From contig JBBIRR010000068.1 of assembly GCA_037441705.1 (NCBI GenBank), positions 1 through 11,651 of the forward strand: a stretch of DNA of 11,651 bases, read 5' to 3'. Below, in pieces: positions 7,291 through 11,651 of the stretch. Position numbers and translations under genes: made by a program. Positions within the stretch are counted from its first letter, which is position 1. Each line of letters starts with the position of its first letter. The notes beneath the pieces are model-generated. The model saw nothing but the letters and a program-made list of their open reading frames with translations, did not search any database and had not been told where the DNA came from. The stretch comes from Ignavibacteriales bacterium (GTDB lineage Bacteria > Bacteroidota > Ignavibacteria > UBA10030 > UBA6906).

Positions 7291-7491
7291 TGCGCTGCTG
7301 CCTTTACAGCAATTACATGACGTGTGCCACGGGCAAAGAATGGAATCTTCGCACATCTAAACAAATCCGATGGGGAGTATGTGCCACAAGCGGTAGAGGA
7401 AAATGAGTCCGCGAATGTGCGTCCCAGCCACAATGGTGGGCAAGCGTGGGGCTTGGGGTGTGAGACGGTGACTCTTAACTCCGAATGGGGC

Positions 7492-7533
7492 AAAAAATGC
7501 GAACGCCCATCGCGCTGGCGCACAATGGGCGTT
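7492..7533 (-). terminator. Probable terminator after rplI
   Basis: 9-bp stem AACGCCCAT (7502-7510) / ATGGGCGTT (7525-7533) with inner GCGC pairing. On the minus strand followed by CGCA then TTTTTT, so the T tract is slightly offset. Confidence 0.6.
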
Positions 7534-7554
7534 GGGTTCGGTGTACCGGCCTGC

Positions 7555-7998
7555 TCACTCCCGCACGACCCACACCTTCACTTTGCCGGTGACGTTCTGG
7601 TGAAGCTTGACGTTCACGTTGTAGATGCCGAGCGCTTTGATCGGCTCTTCGAGATCGATGATGCGCTTGTCGATCGTGAAGCCCTTCTCCTGTAACGCGT
7701 CGGCGATCATCTGCGAGGTGACGGAACCGAAGAGCTTGTCGTCCTCGCCGACATTCATTTGAATGGTGATGGAGACCTTCTCTAACTCCGCGGCAAGTCG
7801 CTCGGCTGCTTTCAGTTCTTTGTTCTTGCGCAGCTCCGCTTGCTTCTTCTCCTCCTCTAACGCTGCCATGGCGCTCTTCGTTGCCGGGTAAGCAATATTG
7901 CGGGGAATGAGATAGTTGCGGGCATAACCGTGCTTCACCTCTACCACATCACCGACGGTACCCAGCTTCTCGTGTTCTTTTCGTAGGATGACTTTCAT
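7555..7998 (-). CDS. rplI: 50S ribosomal protein L9
   Basis: MKVIL...LG.VGDVVEVK.GYARNYLIP, KLFGSVT, PIKALG.Y.V.VKLH; AAGGAGG RBS; follows rpsR. Confidence 0.98.
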   Translation of the reverse strand: MKVILRKEHEKLGTVGDVVEVKHGYARNYLIPRNIAYPATKSAMAALEEEKKQAELRKNKELKAAERLAAELEKVSITIQMNVGEDDKLFGSVTSQMIADALQEKGFTIDKRIIDLEEPIKALGIYNVNVKLHQNVTGKVKVWVVRE

Positions 7999-8013
7999 GA
8001 CCTTTCCTCCTTG

Positions 8014-8277
8014 CTATCGCACTGCGTCGGAAACGAACGGCAGCAGGGCAAGATGCCGCGCGCGCTTGATTGCGGTCACCAGCTGCCGCTGATGTTTTGC
8101 ACACGTACCGGTTATGCGCTTCGGAATGATCTTGCCCTGTTCGGTGATGAAGCGCTGCAGCTTCTTCTCGTCCTTGTAGTCGATGTAGATTTCTTTAGCG
8201 TCGCAGAACCTGCACGTGCGCTTCTTGCGCGGCACCTGGCCTTCTTTCTCGCGACGGGATTTGCGTTGTGATATCAC
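8014..8277 (-). CDS. rpsR: 30S ribosomal protein S18 (zinc-ligand-retaining form)
   Basis: CRFC...IDYKD...[39 protein letters not shown]. Start is probably GTG 8277 (AAGGAG 6 nt upstream); TTG 8295 is the alternative. Confidence 0.97.
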   Translation of the reverse strand: MISQRKSRREKEGQVPRKKRTCRFCDAKEIYIDYKDEKKLQRFITEQGKIIPKRITGTCAKHQRQLVTAIKRARHLALLPFVSDAVR

Positions 8278-8307
8278 AGTTTGCTCCTTTGACAATCGAA
8301 TGTGGTG

Positions 8308-8706
8308 TTATTCGGCTTCTGACGGCTCGCTGAACAGCGGCTCACGCTGGGGCACGTTCGGCGCTTCCGCCGGTGGCGTTGCAGCGGATGCCTTCCGCGC
8401 TTCGAGCGCCTTGCGGTCCAGGGCAATCGTGAGGTAGCGGAGAATCATCTCATCCAGCTGGTACGATCGTTCCAGCGTTGCAATCAGCGATGGCGGCGCG
8501 GTGAACTCGATGTTCACATAAAAGCCGTTCGTCTTTTTGTTGATGGGGTAGGAGAGACGCTTCCGTCCCCATTTGTTCAATGCCGTGATCCTTCCACCAT
8601 TTTTTGTGATGGTGTCCGAAATGCGAGCGATGACTGCCTCGACCTGTGCATCGTCCAGCGACGCGTTGATGATCACGGTCGATTCGTAGATGCGTTGTTT
8701 GTCCAT
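8308..8706 (-). CDS. rpsF: 30S ribosomal protein S6, 132 aa
   Basis: YESTVII...WGRKRLSYPINK...GFY...ILRYL. Start re-assigned to ATG 8706 with a GGGAGG RBS. Confidence 0.97.
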   Translation of the reverse strand: MDKQRIYESTVIINASLDDAQVEAVIARISDTITKNGGRITALNKWGRKRLSYPINKKTNGFYVNIEFTAPPSLIATLERSYQLDEMILRYLTIALDRKALEARKASAATPPAEAPNVPQREPLFSEPSEAE

Positions 8707-8792
8707 GTGTAACCTCCCTTTGGACTTCTCAGATGATTTTGAGTTTGACCCTTCAACAATCACCCTGGCGGTGACCTGAAGAGTAGGGAGCT
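8707..8792 (-). ncRNA. S6:S18 ribosomal protein leader (cis-regulatory RNA)
   Basis: Minus strand CUCCCU (8790-8785) pairs with the SD AGGGAG. The adjacent helix ACUCUUCAG/CUGAGAAGU leaves a CCAA bulge just before the SD (AGUCCAAAGGGAGGU), the CCR-containing layout known for the S6:S18 leader. Directly upstream of rpsF. Confidence 0.8.
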
Positions 8793-8812
8793 TCGAAGAG
8801 CTGCCCTGTGGT

Positions 8813-9406
8813 TTACGGTGTTGTGTTAAAGATGTTCATCGTCCGCTCGATCCCTGAACGGACAAACTCTTCGACGGCATCAGCCGCCGTGTCGATCATG
8901 CTCTCCACCGTCGCCTTCTCCTCTGGATCAAAAGGGGAGAGGACGAAGTCGGCCATCTCGTCTTTGGGCGGCATGGGTTCTCGTCGAATGCCGCACCGAA
9001 TGCGGGCGAACTCCTCCGTGCCCAGATGCTCGATGATCGAACGCAGACCGTTGTGGCCGCCGTCGCTTCCTTTGGCTCGCACGCGAATCGTTCCGAGGTC
9101 GAGCCAGAAGTCATCCACCACCACCAGGAGATGGGAAAGGGGAATGCTGTACTGCTCCAACGCCCGGCGCGTCGCGGCGCCGCTGTTGTTCATGAAGGTC
9201 AGCGGCTTCACCAACAACACATCCCGATGAAGCGCTTGCGAACGAGCGATCAGGTAGTTGTCGTCTTCACGATGCCACATCCACCGATGGCGTGCGCTCA
9301 CTTCATCAACGACCATGAAGCCGATGTTGTGTCGCGTATCCTCGTACTCAAACCCCGGGTTGCCCAACCCCACAACGAGGATCGGCCGATCGTGGAAGTC
9401 GTTCAC
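8813..9406 (-). CDS. pth: Peptidyl-tRNA hydrolase, ~197 aa
   Basis: LVVGLGNPG..Y..TRHNIGF, LVKPLTFMNNSG, GSDGGHNGLRSI, FVLSPF. Start set at GTG 9406, just after the rplY stop; exact start uncertain. Confidence 0.95.
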   Translation of the reverse strand: MNDFHDRPILVVGLGNPGFEYEDTRHNIGFMVVDEVSARHRWMWHREDDNYLIARSQALHRDVLLVKPLTFMNNSGAATRRALEQYSIPLSHLLVVVDDFWLDLGTIRVRAKGSDGGHNGLRSIIEHLGTEEFARIRCGIRREPMPPKDEMADFVLSPFDPEEKATVESMIDTAADAVEEFVRSGIERTMNIFNTTP

Positions 9407-9425
9407 TCGCTCGATTGCTGCCGTG

Positions 9426-10115
9426 TCAGGCAGGCTTCTTCTTTTCTTCCTTCGCAGCGGCTTCGGGTTGCCCTTCGGCGCCTTCTTCAGCCTTCTTGCC
9501 CTTGCCAACCACCTCGGGTTCCTTCGGCGCTTCCGCTTCTGCCTCGGCAGCAGGCGCCGCCTCCTTCTGAACCGTCGGAGGTACCACCGCCACAACGGAA
9601 TCTTCCGGCGCTTCGAGGATCGTGACGTTGGGAACGTTCAACTCTCGGACGTGGATCGCGCGGTTGATGCCGAGCTGTGAGACGTTCACTTCGATCTTGC
9701 CCGGAATGTCCTTGGGCAAGCACGAGAGTTTGACTTTGTGCATGATGTGTTGCAGCAAGCCTCCCTCGCGCACGCCTATGGGTGTTCCGCCGGTAAGGAC
9801 GACAGGAACCTCGATCGTCACTGCCTCATCTTCGCGCAGGCCTTGCAGGTCGAAGTGGATGGGGCGGTCGGTCACCGGATCGAATTGCACGTCGCGCAGG
9901 ATCGCCTTCTTCGTTCCGTCCTTCAGCCGCAGTTCGATGACATGGGTCTCGGACGTGTAGATAAGCGGATCAAGACTCAGCTTCGGCACCTGGAGGGGGA
10001 TGTTCTCTTCGCCGTGCGCATAGTACACGCCGGGGATCTTTCCCTGCGCGCGTACGCGCTTGGCTGCCTTTCCCGTTGCCTCACGGACTTCTGCTTCCAA
10101 AACGATTTCAGACAT
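9426..10115 (-). CDS. rplY: 50S ribosomal protein L25 / general stress protein Ctc (long form)
   Basis: GK.AAKRVR.QGKIPGVYYAHG, VQFDPVTDRPIHFDL, GTPIGVREGGLL, CLPKDIP.KIEVNVS.L, PEVVGKGKK tail; conserved prs-rplY-pth order. Confidence 0.97.
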   Translation of the reverse strand: MSEIVLEAEVREATGKAAKRVRAQGKIPGVYYAHGEENIPLQVPKLSLDPLIYTSETHVIELRLKDGTKKAILRDVQFDPVTDRPIHFDLQGLREDEAVTIEVPVVLTGGTPIGVREGGLLQHIMHKVKLSCLPKDIPGKIEVNVSQLGINRAIHVRELNVPNVTILEAPEDSVVAVVPPTVQKEAAPAAEAEAEAPKEPEVVGKGKKAEEGAEGQPEAAAKEEKKKPA

Positions 10116-10157
10116 GCGTTGCCTCTTCCATCAATGTATTGTACGTCTGTTGATTTC

Positions 10158-11102
10158 TCATCCCTTGTCAATATCGAACAGGGAGCTGATCGACTGGTGT
10201 TTGTACGAGCGCTTGATCGCTTCAGCGAAGAGCTGGGCGATTGACTCGACTTCGAGCTTCGGCGACTCCGCTTTCAGCGGCAGGGTGTCCGTCACGACGA
10301 TCTTCTCGAGGTTTGATTTGTTGATCCGTTCGAGAGCGCTGCCCGACAGCACCGGATGCGTTGCCGCTGCATAGACCTGCTTGGCGCCCGCCGCCTGCAG
10401 GGCTTTGACGGCATTGACCAACGTCCCTGCAGTGTCCACAAGATCATCCACGATCAGAATATTCCTGTCCTGAACATCGCCGATGATATTCATGACTTCG
10501 GCTTCATTCTGCTTCGGACGCCGCTTGTCGATCACCACCAAATCTGCTTCAAGCCGCTTGGCATAGGCTCGTGCCATCTTGATTCCTCCGACATCGGGCG
10601 AAGCAACCGCAAGGTCGGGAATCGGGAAATCCTTGAAATGCTTCACGAGCACGGCCGATGAATACAGGTGATCCACCGGAATGTCGAAGAAGCCCTGAAT
10701 CTGCGGAGCGTGCAAGTCCATCGTGATGACACGCTCGGCACCCGCCACCGTGATGAGATTGGCGACGAGCTTGGCTGTGATCGAGACCCGCGGCTGATCC
10801 TTGCGATCCTGACGCGCATAGCCGAAGTACGGGATCACCGCGACGACTTTGCGAGCCGAGGCGCGCCGCGCCGCATCAATCATAATCAACAGCTCCAACA
10901 GATTCTCTGCCGGCGGGTTGGTGGATTGCACGATGTACACATCACACCCGCGGATGTTCTCGCTGTACTTCACCCACATCTCGCCGTCGTTGAAGTCCTT
11001 GATCTCGCACGACCCCAACGGCTTGCCCAACGCTGCTGCAATTTTCTGCGCAAGAGGACGATTCGATCGTCCGGAAAAGACCTTGAGTTCGCTGCTACTC
11101 AT
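10158..11102 (-). CDS. prs: Ribose-phosphate pyrophosphokinase (class I PRPP synthetase)
   Basis: FNDGE, VIPYFGYARQDRK, MDLHAPQIQGFFDIPVDHL, SPDVGG, IDKRR, IVDDLVDTAGTL, ATHPVLSG. Confidence 0.98.
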   Translation of the reverse strand: MSSSELKVFSGRSNRPLAQKIAAALGKPLGSCEIKDFNDGEMWVKYSENIRGCDVYIVQSTNPPAENLLELLIMIDAARRASARKVVAVIPYFGYARQDRKDQPRVSITAKLVANLITVAGAERVITMDLHAPQIQGFFDIPVDHLYSSAVLVKHFKDFPIPDLAVASPDVGGIKMARAYAKRLEADLVVIDKRRPKQNEAEVMNIIGDVQDRNILIVDDLVDTAGTLVNAVKALQAAGAKQVYAAATHPVLSGSALERINKSNLEKIVVTDTLPLKAESPKLEVESIAQLFAEAIKRSYKHQSISSLFDIDKG

Positions 11103-11191
11103 TCAGACGGTTTCTGTTTGCATCATGACTTCGGGATTTGCAGCAGAGAAGGTGCTCACCCAGCGGCAGAACCGAACTTCTAAGCCTGAAA

Positions 11192-11220
11192 AAGATACGG
11201 AAAAGGGGAGAGTGGTGCAA
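11192..11220 (-). promoter_or_regulatory. Candidate sigma70-type promoter of the prs-rplY-pth operon
   Basis: TTGCAC (11220-11215), 17 nt, TATCTT (11197-11192), just downstream of a strong terminator-like hairpin. Confidence 0.65.
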
Positions 11221-11237
11221 CACGGCGTGAGGTTCAC

Positions 11238-11274
11238 AAAAACCGAAGGGCAAGCCGTTGCCGGCTCGCCCTTC
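11238..11274 (-). terminator. Terminator-like hairpin insulating the prs promoter
   Basis: Minus strand GAAGGGCGAGCCG-GCAA-CGGCTTGCCCTTC (13 bp with one G.U pair, GNRA loop), then GGTTTTT. The G.U pair and GNRA loop work only on the minus strand. Confidence 0.75.
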
Positions 11275-11393
11275 CGTGAACGGGCGCGGAAAGAAACAAC
11301 TCTTGCCCCGGGACGTCACGGCTCAGCCGTTTGGATCTTGTGCCGTGAGGCCGCGGGTGGGCAAGAGCGCTGAGCTGCCAATCCCACTCCCTG

Positions 11394-11431
11394 TGTCATT
11401 CTGAGCCTCGCTTTTCAGAGGCGAAGAATCC
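11394..11431 (+). repeat. REP-like palindromic element of the TGTCATTCTGAGC...GCGAAGAATC type
   Basis: TGTCATTCTGAGCCTCGCTTTTCAGAGGCGAAGAATCC folds as ATTCT-GA-GCCTC / GAGGC-GA-AGAAT with tandem GA mismatches. Resembles, from recall only, a dispersed intergenic repeat family. Confidence 0.6.
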
Positions 11432-11443
11432 AGAACGAGAATC

Positions 11444-11499
11444 ATTCCGAATCCTGCATCCTGCATCTTGCATCCCGAACCCCAAACCTCGAACCGACC
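11444..11499 (+). repeat. Degenerate 7-bp tandem repeat array, 8 units
   Basis: ATTCCGA ATCCTGC ATCCTGC ATCTTGC ATCCCGA ACCCCAA ACCTCGA ACCGACC. Confidence 0.85.
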
Positions 11500-11599
11500 C
11501 GCGCCTCACGCCGCCCGCTCTTCCGACACGGCACAAGGTTGCGCACAGAAGCCGTGACGTCCGGGCGACGCGTAGCACGAATTTCCAATTCGTGACCAG

Positions 11600-11626
11600 A
11601 AAAAAACGCCGGACGGGAGTCCGGCG
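11600..11626 (-). terminator. Rho-independent terminator for a transcript entering from the right
   Basis: Perfect 8-bp stem CGCCGGAC (11607-11614) / GTCCGGCG (11619-11626), 4-nt loop, 7 T on the minus strand. Confidence 0.8.
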
Positions 11627-11651
11627 CTGCACATGCCCCGGGGCGTCACGG

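Larger units (their letters stand above)
11304..11651. repeat. Three copies of a ~18-bp GC-rich repeat in alternating orientation
   Basis: TGCCCCGGGACGTCACGGCT (11304-11323, +); AGCCGTGACGTCCGGGC (11550-11566, inverted); TGCCCCGGGGCGTCACGG (11634-11651, +, cut by the window edge). Confidence 0.75.

Noticed and set aside
7313-7328. Sigma54 promoter TGGCAC-ACGTC-ATGTA on the minus strand
   Set aside because: The -24 element is good, but the required GC at -12 is GT. The second TGGCAC near 7381-7386 has no -12 element.
7071-7434. CAGCCACAAT direct repeat (7071-7080, 7425-7434) as a target-site duplication around remnant C
   Set aside because: A single 10-mer match over several hundred bases is compatible with chance, and there are no terminal inverted repeats inside it.
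7054-7523. ORFs 7054-7356 and 7254-7523 as genes
   Set aside because: Each carries only a short piece of the frameshifted CTD remnant; the remainder has no recognisable protein features.
81-11373. Plus-strand ORFs and alternate-frame minus-strand ORFs overlapping the called genes (e.g. 357-932, 2512-3339, 3793-4506, 4657-5406, 9026-9625)
   Set aside because: Antisense or shifted-frame shadows expected in GC-rich coding DNA; no motifs, and almost all overlap confidently identified genes.
11396-11632. 78-aa minus-strand ORF
   Set aside because: It runs through a terminator, the heptamer array and the REP-like palindrome; low-complexity product without an RBS.
11103-11651. tRNA-Gln gene, often found upstream of prs
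   Set aside because: No cloverleaf or TTCGA T-loop in a tRNA context on either strand; it may lie beyond the right edge.
11304-11651. CRISPR array
   Set aside because: Repeats are short, alternate in orientation and are irregularly spaced; no cas genes.

Overview
Mostly minus-strand, GC-rich chromosomal window from a Bacteroidota/Ignavibacteriota-type bacterium, inferred from YPNPFNP-type T9SS sorting domains and an rpsF-rpsR-rplI block lacking ssb/priB. Right to left: a repeat-rich non-coding region (11238-11651), the core cluster prs-rplY-pth-[S6:S18 leader]-rpsF-rpsR-rplI, a ~4 kb accessory island of two secreted beta-propeller proteins with T9SS type A C-terminal domains (CTDs) bracketed by two cargo-less CTD remnants, and the korA-korB 2-oxoacid:ferredoxin oxidoreductase operon with its terminator. 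The last ~300 bp are non-coding and hold a leftward sigma70-type promoter and an integron attI-like arrangement of GTTRRRY boxes, with no integrase in the window. Most unusual signals: (i) the variable loop of both intact CTDs is written in 7-bp tandem-repeat units that match a free-standing heptamer array upstream of prs, and that segment is deleted in one remnant; (ii) the CTD copies are nucleotide mosaics of each other; (iii) the orphan attI/Pc-like site; (iv) an attenuator-like leader in front of korA. All calls and counts were made by eye; no searches were run.
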